64,000 bases of DNA from Candidatus Harrisonbacteria bacterium (GCA_016192685.1 JACPTS010000001.1:225710-289709), one strand, 5' to 3'; positions 26,366-36,775 are shown, counted from the stretch's first letter. Translations and numbers: made by a program. Notes: generated by a model not told the origin, from the sequence alone.

Positions 26366-27667
26366 TCAAAACAAACTGTTCTGGCTATCAATTTTCTTCC
26401 TATCCTCCTCATCAAAAATTTTGATGACGCCAAATTCGCCGTCATAGCCGGGCTCAATTTTTAATTTTCCTTCCCGCATCCGCCTTACGCCTTCGGCAAT
26501 TTCCGGCTTAGAAGCCAAGGCAATTTCTTTAATCGGCGTATCCTGTAAAATTGTAAATTCCGAGCCAAAAGCCTTAATCAATTTTTCATATTCTTTCATA
26601 ACTGATTTTGTTGCTTTGCCTACATCCAGCGCCTCGCCAATTATGGAATCCAGAGTTACTAAATTTTTAAAAGACACTCGTTTTGCGTCTTGATAGCCTT
26701 CAGGGCGGTCTTTTGCCGCCAATTGGCTAACTCGATATACCACGCCAATCGTGAGTTTCTTGCCACACTTCGGGCATAAGTCTTTATGTTTTTTTGTCTC
26801 GCTGGGCGGCATCACTACCCCGCAAGCCCGATGGCCGTCATAATGGTATTTTCCTTCTTCCGGAAAAAATTCGATTGTCTCAATAAAACGAGACAATCGT
26901 CCTGAGCTTGTCGAAGGACTCCCATTCTTTATCGCATCCATAATGCCCTTATAAGATAATTCGGTGTCAAAAACATTCGCTTCCCTGCCGATTCTTTGCA
27001 AGCTATGCGAATCCGAATTAGAAATCAAAGCAATTTTATCCAGCGCTGGCACTCGCCAGTTCATCGGCGGATCACTGCTTAATCCGGTTTCAATAGCAAA
27101 AATTTTATCCGTGTATTTCCCAAAGCATTCTTCCAGCGAATCAAATCCGGACATGGAGCCGAAAACCGAAAACCACGGCGTCCAGGCATGGGCCGGCACC
27201 ATCACTGCTTCAGGGTTAGCGGTAAAAACAATCTCCGCCAGTTTTTCTGAATCCAGACCTAAAATCGGCCGGCCATCAGAAGCAAGTTTACCCACCCAGG
27301 AAAGCTGGGTGTTAATTTTTTCCGCGGTTTCCAAATCCGGCGCCATAACAATATGATGCACCCGCCGGGTTTTCCCGCCTCGCGAATAAATGCAGGAAAT
27401 TTCCACCGACAACAAAAATCGTGTCTCCGCCAAAGTATTTTTTAAGGTTGGCTTTTTCAGGTGCGATTTTAATTTAAAAAGCCCGGGCTCCGCGGGTTCT
27501 AATTTTTCTTTAATTTCCCTAAACCAAGCCGGGTGGGTAAAATCGCCAGTGCCCATCACTAAAATACCCTTATCATCCGCCCACCTATCCAACTCCTCCA
27601 AAACCATATTCCTGGAAACAGCGCGGGAATATTTTGAATGGATATGCAAGTCCGCAACAAATTTCAT
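26366..27667 (-). CDS. PHP-domain nuclease with C-terminal zinc ribbon (endonuclease Q-like)
   Basis: The N-terminal DLHIHSKYSRAVS (HxH) PHP start is present, along with further His/Asp metal ligands. The C-terminus has CGVVMPP...CPKCGKK. Length is 433 aa, matching the architecture of EndoQ (about 420 aa). Confidence 0.45.
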   Translation of the reverse strand: MKFVADLHIHSKYSRAVSRNMVLEELDRWADDKGILVMGTGDFTHPAWFREIKEKLEPAEPGLFKLKSHLKKPTLKNTLAETRFLLSVEISCIYSRGGKTRRVHHIVMAPDLETAEKINTQLSWVGKLASDGRPILGLDSEKLAEIVFTANPEAVMVPAHAWTPWFSVFGSMSGFDSLEECFGKYTDKIFAIETGLSSDPPMNWRVPALDKIALISNSDSHSLQRIGREANVFDTELSYKGIMDAIKNGSPSTSSGRLSRFIETIEFFPEEGKYHYDGHRACGVVMPPSETKKHKDLCPKCGKKLTIGVVYRVSQLAAKDRPEGYQDAKRVSFKNLVTLDSIIGEALDVGKATKSVMKEYEKLIKAFGSEFTILQDTPIKEIALASKPEIAEGVRRMREGKLKIEPGYDGEFGVIKIFDEEDRKKIDSQNSLF

Positions 27668-27690
27668 CTTTATAATTATACAAAATAAAA

Positions 27691-27710
27691 ATCCGAGCTA
27701 AAAGCTCGGA
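27691..27710 (-). terminator. rho-independent terminator after the 439-aa gene
   Basis: tccgagc-taaaa-gctcgga followed by T-rich sequence on the minus strand. Confidence 0.5.
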
Positions 27711-27731
27711 AAAATTACTAGTCGCCAGTCG

Positions 27732-29051
27732 CTAATCACTAGTCGCTAAATTTTGTAATGCTTTATCAACTGCTTCGCCAAACTGCGGGCCGACCGACAT
27801 TCCGGCATGATAGCGATGCTTTCCGGAATCAAAATCTTCCGGTAAAAGAATATAGCCAAGCTCGCCATTAGTTAAACCAAAAATAAATTTTGGCTGCCCT
27901 TTCATTTTGACTTTCGTTCGCCGCCAGATTTTCGGAAAAAGTTCGCCGGGCACTGTAACAATTTCTGCCGGACCGATATTTAGCTTAACCAAATTAATAT
28001 CCATTCTTCTGTTCTCATCGGCTAAATTAGATATTATTCCGAGTTTCGCCGCCCATAAAAATTTCTTATTTTGAAGCGGGACATTGAGTCTAGTCGTCTT
28101 TCCACTAATATCTGAATGTTTGGGAATAATTGGGCGCTTTAATGACTCATAAACCGCATCGGCTAAATTTTCTCCAAGAGTCCGGACAAAATAACTATCG
28201 GTATTATTATCTCCCGACGGCTGAACGCCGCCAACCGCTCCCGGCACAAACATCACCTCGCCTCCGGTAAGCCTACCCAACCGCTCCGATAAGTAATGAG
28301 GAAAGTCGGCTGAAATATGAAAACTCTTCACTACATCGGCATGCACCGCAAAATTTACCAGCGTCACCGGCTTTCCAAAAGAAAGCAGTACCTGCATAAC
28401 CGCTACTCCATAATCCGGGGGATTTTCATCTCTTCCCGATGAATAACCCTCAAACTCTCCTTCGGCAAAACGGATTCTTCCGCTCTTAAGATTGGCAACT
28501 GATTCATCAATCGCCTCCGCGATTTTTTGCCGCAAAAACTGCATATATTTCCTATTTTTACCGCTAAACAAGGGAATTCCCCAAAGGCCGATGGTGTCCG
28601 GACCAGAATGGGTGTGGGTGGCGCTTATAAATATTGAAGCTGGGTCAACATTATTTACTGAATGCGTAATTTTATCTATCTCATCCGGCAATAAACCAAT
28701 AAGGTCGCAGGAAGCAATTACCAAGCCGTTCCCATGGCGGTCTTGAAGCGCCAAGCTCTTAACCCAAAGCCGGTCATGGACAAAAATTCCCGGATGCGGC
28801 GGATAATAGCCGGCCAGCCAAGAAAATCTTGGCGGCGTAATATCCCGCTTGGCAAAACCGGCTTTAATCGGAGCGCCAAAAGACTGGCGCTTATAAGCTT
28901 CTGGCGGGCGGAAAAATCTGGTCGGTTCTGGCATGGACAAAAAAATCGTGTTCCGGAAAGGCAGATAATATGCCGCCAAAAAATAAAAGGCTAACGGGAT
29001 TCCCGCCGCTAACACCCAAAACAAAAAACTCATCTTCCACCCCCTTTCCAC
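27732..29051 (-). CDS. membrane-anchored hydrolase, neutral/alkaline ceramidase-like (tentative)
   Basis: An N-terminal TM segment is followed by the motifs ISATHTHSGPD and LVNFAVHAD, reminiscent of the neutral ceramidase N-terminal domain. The assignment is tentative. Confidence 0.35.
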   Translation of the reverse strand: MERGWKMSFLFWVLAAGIPLAFYFLAAYYLPFRNTIFLSMPEPTRFFRPPEAYKRQSFGAPIKAGFAKRDITPPRFSWLAGYYPPHPGIFVHDRLWVKSLALQDRHGNGLVIASCDLIGLLPDEIDKITHSVNNVDPASIFISATHTHSGPDTIGLWGIPLFSGKNRKYMQFLRQKIAEAIDESVANLKSGRIRFAEGEFEGYSSGRDENPPDYGVAVMQVLLSFGKPVTLVNFAVHADVVKSFHISADFPHYLSERLGRLTGGEVMFVPGAVGGVQPSGDNNTDSYFVRTLGENLADAVYESLKRPIIPKHSDISGKTTRLNVPLQNKKFLWAAKLGIISNLADENRRMDINLVKLNIGPAEIVTVPGELFPKIWRRTKVKMKGQPKFIFGLTNGELGYILLPEDFDSGKHRYHAGMSVGPQFGEAVDKALQNLATSD

Positions 29052-29117
29052 GCCAACCCCTTATCAGTTATCAGAGAACTGGCATCAGATTACAGAAAAA
29101 ACGGCGCTCTGTCAAAA

Positions 29118-30053
29118 TTAAAAATATCTTACCTCTTCTTGTAAAGTAATGCCAAATTTTTTCTTAACTCGGTTTTTTAAAATTTTTGCCAATTTCTTAA
29201 CCTCGCTGGCTTTTCCTTTGCCGCTGTTAATAAACAAATTTCCGTGAAAATCAGCTATTTGAATTCCGCCGACTCGCATTCCTTTCGCGCCAACTTCTTC
29301 CAGTAAATAACCGGCTGGAATTTTTCCGTCTATTATTTTAGCTTTAGCAATCTTTGCCAAAGATTTTTTAGATATATCTTTAATTAAAACATTTTTAAAA
29401 AAGCTTCCCGGACATTTTAATCCGGGCTTATATTTTTTAAGCCGTAATTGAATAATATCGCGGGAAATTCTTTTTAATTTTTTGGGGTTGCTTTTTTTAA
29501 ATCTAAGCACCGCCCGAAGCGCTATCCAAGGCTTTTTCTTAAATACGCTTTCCCGATACTGAAACTGGCATTCTTTGTTTAAAAGCCACTTTTTGCCATC
29601 GCCCTCCGTAGCTTTAGCGAAGGACGGGTTCCATACCTCTACTTTTTCCGCCACTTCTGAAATTGAACGCCCATAAGCACCGGCGTTGCCCACAATCGCC
29701 CCGCCAACCGTGCCCGGAATACCTGCCAGCGTTTCTAATCCTTGTAGCCCATTTTTATTTGCCACTGCTATCACGCGAGATAGCGGCACACCCGCATCTA
29801 CAATAATTTTATTCCCCGCCGCTTTTATATTTTTACTGCTTATTTTTATCAATAAACAATTCAGAGTTTTATCCGGAAAAACCACATTGCTTCCGCCGGC
29901 AATAATTTTATAAGGCGCTTTGAGGCGCTTCGCCGCCCGGATTGCCTCTAATAACTCTCTGTCATTTCCAACTTCGCAAAAAAATTTAACTTGGCCGCCA
30001 ATTTTAAAAGTGGAAAGAGGCGCCAAATTCCTATTTTTCTGGACTTTAATCAT
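29118..30053 (-). CDS. murB: UDP-N-acetylenolpyruvoylglucosamine reductase
   Basis: FAD-binding N-terminus (LAPLSTFKIGGQVKFF..., KIIAGGSNVVF) and the conserved MurB C-terminal domain. Confidence 0.8.
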   Translation of the reverse strand: MIKVQKNRNLAPLSTFKIGGQVKFFCEVGNDRELLEAIRAAKRLKAPYKIIAGGSNVVFPDKTLNCLLIKISSKNIKAAGNKIIVDAGVPLSRVIAVANKNGLQGLETLAGIPGTVGGAIVGNAGAYGRSISEVAEKVEVWNPSFAKATEGDGKKWLLNKECQFQYRESVFKKKPWIALRAVLRFKKSNPKKLKRISRDIIQLRLKKYKPGLKCPGSFFKNVLIKDISKKSLAKIAKAKIIDGKIPAGYLLEEVGAKGMRVGGIQIADFHGNLFINSGKGKASEVKKLAKILKNRVKKKFGITLQEEVRYF

Positions 30054-30072
30054 TAAACTATCCTTATACCCC

Positions 30073-30510
30073 TTATTCGTGCGAATTAGGGATATAAAGA
30101 CGAGATAATATAATAGCCAAACTTGGCAAAATCAGCATCTGCAAAATCGGCGAAAGGCCGATGCCAAAAATTAGCGGCATAGCTTCCGCATACGCCCAAC
30201 GATGAGTAAGATAAACAGCGTGATATTCAACAATCGCTTGCCATAACGGCAAGCTAACCCACAACAATACCCAACTGCGATTAAAGTTTTTTACCCACTG
30301 CCAATTTCGCAATAAAAATCCGATTGCTAAATACACCACTACCACCATCAAGGCGTCTTTTAAAGAAACTTCCCAGTGAATCCGCAAAAATTCCAAATAA
30401 TTATCGCGAAGCCCCATGCCTATTTCACTATAAAACGGCATCTGGGAAATTTCCCAAACAAAATTCAAGAGAAAACTGATAAAAAATAAATTCGTTAGAA
30501 ATTTCAACAT
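30073..30510 (-). CDS. hypothetical membrane protein (145 aa, about 4 TM)
   Basis: Hydrophobic profile only. Confidence 0.35.
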   Translation of the reverse strand: MLKFLTNLFFISFLLNFVWEISQMPFYSEIGMGLRDNYLEFLRIHWEVSLKDALMVVVVYLAIGFLLRNWQWVKNFNRSWVLLWVSLPLWQAIVEYHAVYLTHRWAYAEAMPLIFGIGLSPILQMLILPSLAIILSRLYIPNSHE

Positions 30511-30511
30511 G

Positions 30512-30583
30512 TGTCCCCGCGTGGAATTGAACCACGATCTCAGCCTTCGGAGGGCTACGTTCTATCCGTTGAACCACGGGGAC
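30512..30583 (-). tRNA. tRNA-Arg (anticodon CCG)
   Basis: The minus-strand sequence gtccccgtggttcaacggatagaacgtagccctCCGaaggctgagatcgtggttcaattccacgcggggaca forms a 72-nt cloverleaf. The acceptor stem is gtccccg/cggggac. The anticodon loop is ctCCGaa. Confidence 0.8.
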
Positions 30584-30601
30584 AACAACCAAAGAATAAG
30601 A

Positions 30602-31129
30602 TTATTTCTCCAAAAACTCAACAATTACTCGCGCTACATCGCCAGGGGATTTTTGAAAAGAAGTTTTAGTCTTTACTTTATTAAAGGCATCTTTGATTTT
30701 TTTGCCAAGTTTATTGGCCAGCTGGTTTTCCGTCACTCTCACGCTGATATCCGACCCGACAAAGCCAATGGCGGCTAACCGATCCAGCGGGTCTTTCAAA
30801 AAAGCCCGGTCGCAATAAGCATTCGCCAAATTAATCACTTCATTTTTCAATTTTTCCGGAACATTTCTGATAATTACCTCTCCCTCATATTGGCGGTTTT
30901 TAATCATCTGACAGGCCGGGCAGACGGCAAATTTAACCGGCAAATCCTTATTCTCGCGCTTGGCAATAAAAGCATCGGCATTGTGATGCCAGGATTTCTG
31001 ATAATAAAAAATATCGCATTTCTCGCAAATTACCAGCCCCTTTCCCCCGCCGGGAAATTCATGGGCGTCCCGCCTCAAACGGGGATTTTTAAAATTAAGT
31101 CTTTTAGCTGTCTTTTTTATTTCTGCCAT
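30602..31129 (-). CDS. zinc-ribbon protein (two CxxC pairs), function unknown
   Basis: The sequence contains ICEKCDIFYY...CPACQ. 175 aa. Confidence 0.3.
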   Translation of the reverse strand: MAEIKKTAKRLNFKNPRLRRDAHEFPGGGKGLVICEKCDIFYYQKSWHHNADAFIAKRENKDLPVKFAVCPACQMIKNRQYEGEVIIRNVPEKLKNEVINLANAYCDRAFLKDPLDRLAAIGFVGSDISVRVTENQLANKLGKKIKDAFNKVKTKTSFQKSPGDVARVIVEFLEK

Positions 31130-32262
31130 ATATTTATTATGACATAACCCAATACTCCCATAAATATCAAAATTAAAACCGGCACGGTTTTTCTGACTAA
31201 ATTCCCGGCAATAATCGGCGGGAAATCAGAAATTTTATCCGCCTTAAGCCACATAAAAATTATCAATAAGTTTTCCAGCGGCAAAAAAAGCAACCCCACA
31301 AAACTGACTAAATAAATAAAATTTTGAAATCCGGAAAAATAAAGAGCCGGGGGCGTAAAAATAACTAAAGCGCGGCTTAACCAGCCCGGAAGAAAAAGGT
31401 CGTATTCCAAAATTCTTCTTGCGTTTAAACCAACTACTATATAAGAGCTGATAAGGGATAAAAATCCCAAAATTCCTAAAAAGACCAAAACTGGGTCTGG
31501 GACGCGGCCAATCAATCCGGAAACTGAATCCTCGGAAATCTGTCCGGATAAGCCCCAAATTCCGAAAACAAAGGCGGCATACGCCAACGCCGGCAAAACA
31601 CTGCTTAAAGCCAATGATTTTTTTAAAAAAGAAAACGGGGCGGAAGATTCTTTAAAATAACTCACTACTTCCGGAACCGCCAAACTGCCGGACAAAGCAA
31701 AAAGAATCGGGCCGGCAACAAAAATCCGGGACCAATCAATACTCTCCTGAAAATTGGCGGTTAATAAAAATTTTTTAAGGCCGAGAACGGCTATCAAAAT
31801 AATAATCAAAACTATTCCGGCTACCATTAAAAATTCCAACAGGGCGATGCGGCGGGTATTAAATAAAATTATCAATGATCCGATAATCCAAAAAATTAAA
31901 AGCTGGTTTAACGATTCGCCGGAAAAAATTAATCCGGAAAAACTGGGGGCTAAAATCAAATAAATCGTTAAAACAAAAAATAATTGGATTAATCCGACAA
32001 AAAGCGCCGGCCAAAAACCGGCGTTTCCGAAATAAATCCTGGCATAGCCCACCAAGCGATGCTCGCCATAAGTGCGCAGGATAAGGTCGGCATAAAGCCA
32101 ATAAACCAAAATATAAATTGCCGCGAAAGCCGCCAAATAAATTAAACCGGTTAAAAAACCGGCTTCCTGAAAAACAAACGGCAAGGAAAACATCCCTGCC
32201 CCGATAATTGTTCCTGCTAAAATACTCGCCGGCAAAATAATTCTAGTCCAAACCATGGCCAT
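31117..32262 (-). CDS. amino acid permease (APC-superfamily-like, aromatic amino acid permease type)
   Basis: N-terminal GTIIGAGMFSLPFV motif and about 11 TM helices. Confidence 0.55.
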   Translation of the reverse strand: MAMVWTRIILPASILAGTIIGAGMFSLPFVFQEAGFLTGLIYLAAFAAIYILVYWLYADLILRTYGEHRLVGYARIYFGNAGFWPALFVGLIQLFFVLTIYLILAPSFSGLIFSGESLNQLLIFWIIGSLIILFNTRRIALLEFLMVAGIVLIIILIAVLGLKKFLLTANFQESIDWSRIFVAGPILFALSGSLAVPEVVSYFKESSAPFSFLKKSLALSSVLPALAYAAFVFGIWGLSGQISEDSVSGLIGRVPDPVLVFLGILGFLSLISSYIVVGLNARRILEYDLFLPGWLSRALVIFTPPALYFSGFQNFIYLVSFVGLLFLPLENLLIIFMWLKADKISDFPPIIAGNLVRKTVPVLILIFMGVLGYVIINIWQK

Positions 32263-32707
32263 TATCTCTAGAAAATTTCTTTATAAATTTCTGCTCAACC
32301 GGCCACAAAACTAAAAATACTAAAATAGTAATCAAGGTTGCCCAAACCGCCACCTCTACCAAACCAAAACCAACCGCCATTCCGATAGCCGCCGCCACCC
32401 AAACGCCGGCTGCCGTAGTCAAACCCTGAACCCGGGAATGAGATTGGTCAAAAATAATAAGGCCAGCGCCTAAAAATCCTATCCCGGTAACCACCTGAGC
32501 GGCAATCCTGGTCGGATCAATGGTCGGTCCGGATAAAAGAGCTGGAGCAACGGTAAAAAGCGCCGAGCCAAGCGCCACCAAAGCATGGGTGCGCATACCG
32601 GCGGATTTATGGGCAATTTCCCGTTCCACGCCAATAAGCGCGCCTAAAAATACTGCCAGCAGCATCTTTTTTAAAATTGCTAATGCGAGCGGGTCTAATA
32701 AAATCAC
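32243..32707 (-). CDS. mgtC: MgtC/SapB family membrane protein
   Basis: FLGALIGVEREIAHKSAGMRTHALVALGSALF is the MgtC signature. Confidence 0.75.
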   Translation of the reverse strand: MILLDPLALAILKKMLLAVFLGALIGVEREIAHKSAGMRTHALVALGSALFTVAPALLSGPTIDPTRIAAQVVTGIGFLGAGLIIFDQSHSRVQGLTTAAGVWVAAAIGMAVGFGLVEVAVWATLITILVFLVLWPVEQKFIKKFSRDNGHGLD

Positions 32708-32710
32708 AAA

Positions 32711-33007
32711 TTAATTTAAATAAACTTTATCCCCTTCTCTTACTTTTTCTTTTACTTTCAAACCCACTTCTTTGCCGCGCGGAGCCAGAGAAACTGATTT
32801 ATGGTCCAGCTCCATAGAAGAAAGGTCCTGGGAAAAATCCGTGGTGGCGCCCTGAAAAGTGACATTTTTTCCAGCCGGCATATCTTGATTAAATTTAACA
32901 ATCGCTACGCCAAGATTGCCGTAATAATGAGTCACCTCGCCAACCGGTTTATCGGTGCGCGAAACTTTCTTGGAAAGCCCGAGCGCTCTTAATAATTTTT
33001 TAAGCAT
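32711..33007 (-). CDS. hypothetical small beta-rich protein (98 aa)
   Basis: ORF only. Confidence 0.3.
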   Translation of the reverse strand: MLKKLLRALGLSKKVSRTDKPVGEVTHYYGNLGVAIVKFNQDMPAGKNVTFQGATTDFSQDLSSMELDHKSVSLAPRGKEVGLKVKEKVREGDKVYLN

Positions 33008-33604
33008 TTAAACATATCTATTATTAACGCGACCTTTTTTATCTTTTTCAATTTCAGCCGCTACCTTATCCAATAAATCCTTAATATCTTTTGAATACAC
33101 CACCCGGCCCGGACCGCGGTGCATCCTTTTTATAATATCCCGGAGCTCATCCGCGGTGCCGCCGGTTCCTTCCAAAACTCCGATTGGTTTTTGGTCTTCA
33201 AAAGCAATCGTAAATTCGTTAAGCGTGCCCATCCGGCCGCAAATCGTAATAATGGCATCTGCTGAACGGGTTAAAAGCAAATTTCTTCCTGAATATTCAA
33301 ATCCAGTATATACAATAACATCGTGATAGTCAGTAGGTAATTTGTAAGTTTTAGAATGGGCTGCTTCCGAAGCTGCCGGCGAAAGGCCGATAACAATTCC
33401 ACCCTCTTCTTTGGCGCCCTTAGCGGCCCAGTAAGGAATACCAACCGTCGCGCCGGTTACCAGCACCATGCCGCGCCGCGCGATTTCCCGGCCCATTTCT
33501 TCGGCTTTTTCCGGCGCGTCAATGGCGCAATGGCCGGTATCCGCCGCTCCGGAAATGCAAATTTTATATTTTAACTGGTGCCGACGAGTAAGTTTGGTTG
33601 CCAT
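33008..33604 (-). CDS. LOG / TIGR00725-family Rossmann-fold nucleotide-binding protein
   Basis: The motifs ICISGAADTGHC...GMVLVTGATVGIPYWAAKGA...GRMGTLNEF are typical of LOG/SLOG proteins. Confidence 0.55.
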   Translation of the reverse strand: MATKLTRRHQLKYKICISGAADTGHCAIDAPEKAEEMGREIARRGMVLVTGATVGIPYWAAKGAKEEGGIVIGLSPAASEAAHSKTYKLPTDYHDVIVYTGFEYSGRNLLLTRSADAIITICGRMGTLNEFTIAFEDQKPIGVLEGTGGTADELRDIIKRMHRGPGRVVYSKDIKDLLDKVAAEIEKDKKGRVNNRYV

Positions 33605-33617
33605 ACATCAGATTATA

Positions 33618-34958
33618 TCACAATTCATAAACTTTTTTCTCTTCCGGAATTTCCGCATGGACCGCCAGATCATTGATTATTTTCTTAACCAAAGCGCTGC
33701 TTTCCTCTTCCTCACCCTGAACCGCAAATACTTTTTTTAAAGACATCCGCATCGGCAACAGCCATTCCAAAAGCTGCCGCTGATCCGCGTGCGCTGAATA
33801 TTCTTCAATAGAAACCACTCGGCAGCGAACCGAAACTTTTTCACCATGAATTTTTACCATTTTTTCACCGTCTAAAATTTTTCTGCCCAAAGAACTTTTG
33901 GCCTGATAACCGATAAATAAAATCGTACTTTTCGGGTCCGGCAAATACCGCTTTTCATGGTGTAAAATCCGTCCGCCCTGCGACATTCCGGAGCCCGCAA
34001 TAATTATTTTTGGCGGCGGCGTTTCATTGATTTTTTTTGATTCCTCGGTAGTTAAAGTTTTTTTGAGGCCGGGAAAATCAAAAAGCATATTGTCGCCCCG
34101 GAGCAAATTCATGGTCGCTTCGTCAAAATAATCTTTATATTTTTTATAAACCTCGGTAACTTTAATAGCGAGCGGGCTATCCAGAAAAACCGGAATTTTC
34201 GGAATCCGCCCATTTTCCACGAGTTCATTGATTTCAAATAATAATTTTTGCGTTCGTTCCATGGCAAAAGCCGGAATCATCAAAACACCGCCGGCCTTAA
34301 TAGTTTCTTCAATGATATTTTCCAGCATTCCCTCCGGAGCCGGCTGATGCAAACGATCTCCGTAAGCCGATTCAATCACGCAATAATCCGCTTCCGGAAT
34401 TTGTTCAGTCGGACCGATGATTGGCGCCGGAGTATTGCCCAAATCTCCGGAAAAAACGATTTTTTTGCCTTCGGCTTCCACTACTACAATACTGGAACCT
34501 AAAATATGGCCAGCATTATATAAAGTTACTTTAAATGGCCCGACCCGGATTTCTTGATGATAGGTCACCCCTTCCCAGCGAACCATTAATTCTTCTATTT
34601 CCCGAACGCCGTAAAGCGCCGGTTTTTTAAAATGCTCCGCCGATTCTAAAAGCACATGCTCTGAATCCAGCAAAAGCAAATTCGCAAAATCGCGCGTCGG
34701 CGGCGTGGAATAAACCTTCCCCCGAAAGCCGTCTTTTACCAATTTGGGCAGACGGCCAGTATGGTCAATATGAGCATGAGTTATAAAAACCGCGCTAATT
34801 GTTTTAGTATCATAAGGAAATGAATCCCAATTATGTTCGCTGCAAAAATGCCCGGCCTGGTGCAGTCCGCAGTCAATTAAAATTCTGGTATCGCCGCTTT
34901 CCAATAAATAATTCGCCCCGGTAACTTCCTTAACGCCGCCGTAAAAAGTAAGTTTCAT
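33618..34958 (-). CDS. MBL-fold beta-CASP ribonuclease (CPSF/RNase J-like)
   Basis: HAHIDHTGRLP (HxHxDH) plus later beta-CASP motifs. 446 aa. Confidence 0.65.
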   Translation of the reverse strand: MKLTFYGGVKEVTGANYLLESGDTRILIDCGLHQAGHFCSEHNWDSFPYDTKTISAVFITHAHIDHTGRLPKLVKDGFRGKVYSTPPTRDFANLLLLDSEHVLLESAEHFKKPALYGVREIEELMVRWEGVTYHQEIRVGPFKVTLYNAGHILGSSIVVVEAEGKKIVFSGDLGNTPAPIIGPTEQIPEADYCVIESAYGDRLHQPAPEGMLENIIEETIKAGGVLMIPAFAMERTQKLLFEINELVENGRIPKIPVFLDSPLAIKVTEVYKKYKDYFDEATMNLLRGDNMLFDFPGLKKTLTTEESKKINETPPPKIIIAGSGMSQGGRILHHEKRYLPDPKSTILFIGYQAKSSLGRKILDGEKMVKIHGEKVSVRCRVVSIEEYSAHADQRQLLEWLLPMRMSLKKVFAVQGEEEESSALVKKIINDLAVHAEIPEEKKVYEL

Positions 34959-36175
34959 ATTTCAATTCTCTCATTATTCAAAATCCGAAGTACAATCTCC
35001 CGTTCGTTCCAGGGGATTTTCTTGCCGTTTGCCACTCGCAGATATGGCTCCGAACCCTTGCCGGTAATAATCACCGTATCGCCTTTTTCAGCAGATTGAA
35101 TCGCTTTTTTAATAGCGGCTTTTCGGTCAATAATTTCATTCACTTTGGAAATCGGAAATTGGGTTTTGGTGATTCCGGATTTTATCTCGGATAAAATCTG
35201 ATTCGGGTCTTCATCAAAAGGGTCTTCGTTGGTTAAAATAATCTGGTCGCAATATTTGGAAGCAATTTCTCCCATTACCGGCCGCTTCCAGACATCCCGG
35301 CCGCCGCCAGCGGCTCCAAGAACACATATTAACTTTTGACTTTTGATTTTTGATTTTTGACTTTTTAGGGTTTGATAAACTTTTTCCAAAGAATCCGGAG
35401 TATGGGCGTAATCAATAATTACGGAAAAAGGAATTTTCTGGACAAACTCCAACCGGCCCGGCACGCCGTCAAAAGTTTCAATGGCGGAACGGATAGTATC
35501 CCAATCAATATTCTGGGAACGGGCAAAGGCAATGGCCGCCGCGATGTTTTCCAGATTAAATTCTCCCAAAAGCTTGGTTTTAATTTTCATTTTCCTAATA
35601 TCGCTTTTTTCAAAAAAAATAATTTTTCCTTTTCCTTCGGCGGCTTTTAAAAAATAATCTTTGTCCTTAACTTCCGAGTTAATAAAAAAGAATTTCGGTT
35701 TTTTTAAAGAATGCCTGGCCGCATCAAGAAAAAATTTAACTTTGCTTTCCCGGTAATTTTCATAGGAACCGTGGGCTTCAATATGCTCCGGCTCTAAATT
35801 GGTAAGAAGGACGCTGTTAAAATCAATAAACCGGTGCCGATGCTGTAAAATTCCCTGAGAAGTCACCTCAATAATCGCGTAATCGCAGCCGCTTTGAACC
35901 GCCTCAGAAAGAAGCTTTTGCAATAAAAATCTGCCCGGCATAGTCATGCCGGTCAGATTGCGAAAGCTCAAAAGGTCGTTTTTAAAACGCACCGAAGAAA
36001 TCACGGCGGTTTTTTTGCCGGCGGATTCTAAAATCGCGTTAATCAGCTCAATAACCGTTGATTTGCCTTTTGTTCCGGTGACGCCAATTACAAAAAGTTT
36101 CCTGGACGGATGTTTATAAAACCCGCTGCCAAACCAAGCGAGTAAATAATGGTAAGTTGAACGCAAAAATTTCAT
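34955..36175 (-). CDS. Mur ligase family protein (MurE/FolC-like)
   Basis: P-loop VIGVTGTKGKSTV and the Mur ligase middle-domain pattern. It contains the in-frame tandem repeat (ttttgac/tttttga)n at about 35330-35365. Confidence 0.6.
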   Translation of the reverse strand: MKFLRSTYHYLLAWFGSGFYKHPSRKLFVIGVTGTKGKSTVIELINAILESAGKKTAVISSVRFKNDLLSFRNLTGMTMPGRFLLQKLLSEAVQSGCDYAIIEVTSQGILQHRHRFIDFNSVLLTNLEPEHIEAHGSYENYRESKVKFFLDAARHSLKKPKFFFINSEVKDKDYFLKAAEGKGKIIFFEKSDIRKMKIKTKLLGEFNLENIAAAIAFARSQNIDWDTIRSAIETFDGVPGRLEFVQKIPFSVIIDYAHTPDSLEKVYQTLKSQKSKIKSQKLICVLGAAGGGRDVWKRPVMGEIASKYCDQIILTNEDPFDEDPNQILSEIKSGITKTQFPISKVNEIIDRKAAIKKAIQSAEKGDTVIITGKGSEPYLRVANGKKIPWNEREIVLRILNNERIEI

Positions 36176-36750
36176 CTTGATTTCAATAATTTCAACGCTT
36201 CTTTAATGCGATCTTCCATTTTACCAACGCTGGCACTGACTTTCGCCAGCGCTTCTTTGGCCTGCGATTTGGTATAGCCCAAATTCGCCAGCGCTTCCAC
36301 GATATCTTGGTCTGATTCCATCAAACCGACAATGCCGCCAGCTCCTTCTTGTTGCAATTTACCCCGCAATTCCAAAATTACCCGTTCAGCAATTTTCTTG
36401 CCGATTCCGGACGCCCTGGTTAAAAGTTCCGAACGCCCCTCGCTGATGGCCGCTTTCAATTTTTCTACCTTTTCCACGCCCATAATGTTCAAAGCAGACT
36501 TGGGGCCGATGCCGGAAATGCCGATTAACATTTCAAAAAGGCTTAATTCATCCTTATTTAAAAAACCATATAGTTCCAAAGCGTCTTCCCGGACATGCAA
36601 GTAAGTAAAAACTTTGACTTTTTCGCCAATAGCCGGTAAACTCTTCACGACGCTAAAAGAAGATTTGATTTGAAAAGCAAGGCCGCCCAACTCAATGACA
36701 AAAAAATTATCTCTTTTTTCAGTTAGATTGCCCTGAAGGGAATAAATCAT
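36172..36750 (-). CDS. ruvA: Holliday junction branch-migration complex subunit RuvA
   Basis: The conserved motif LIGISGIGPKSALNIM (HhH) and the domain III C-terminus. Confidence 0.85.
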   Translation of the reverse strand: MIYSLQGNLTEKRDNFFVIELGGLAFQIKSSFSVVKSLPAIGEKVKVFTYLHVREDALELYGFLNKDELSLFEMLIGISGIGPKSALNIMGVEKVEKLKAAISEGRSELLTRASGIGKKIAERVILELRGKLQQEGAGGIVGLMESDQDIVEALANLGYTKSQAKEALAKVSASVGKMEDRIKEALKLLKSR

Positions 36751-36775
36751 TTATTTTAATTATAAATTTATATAT

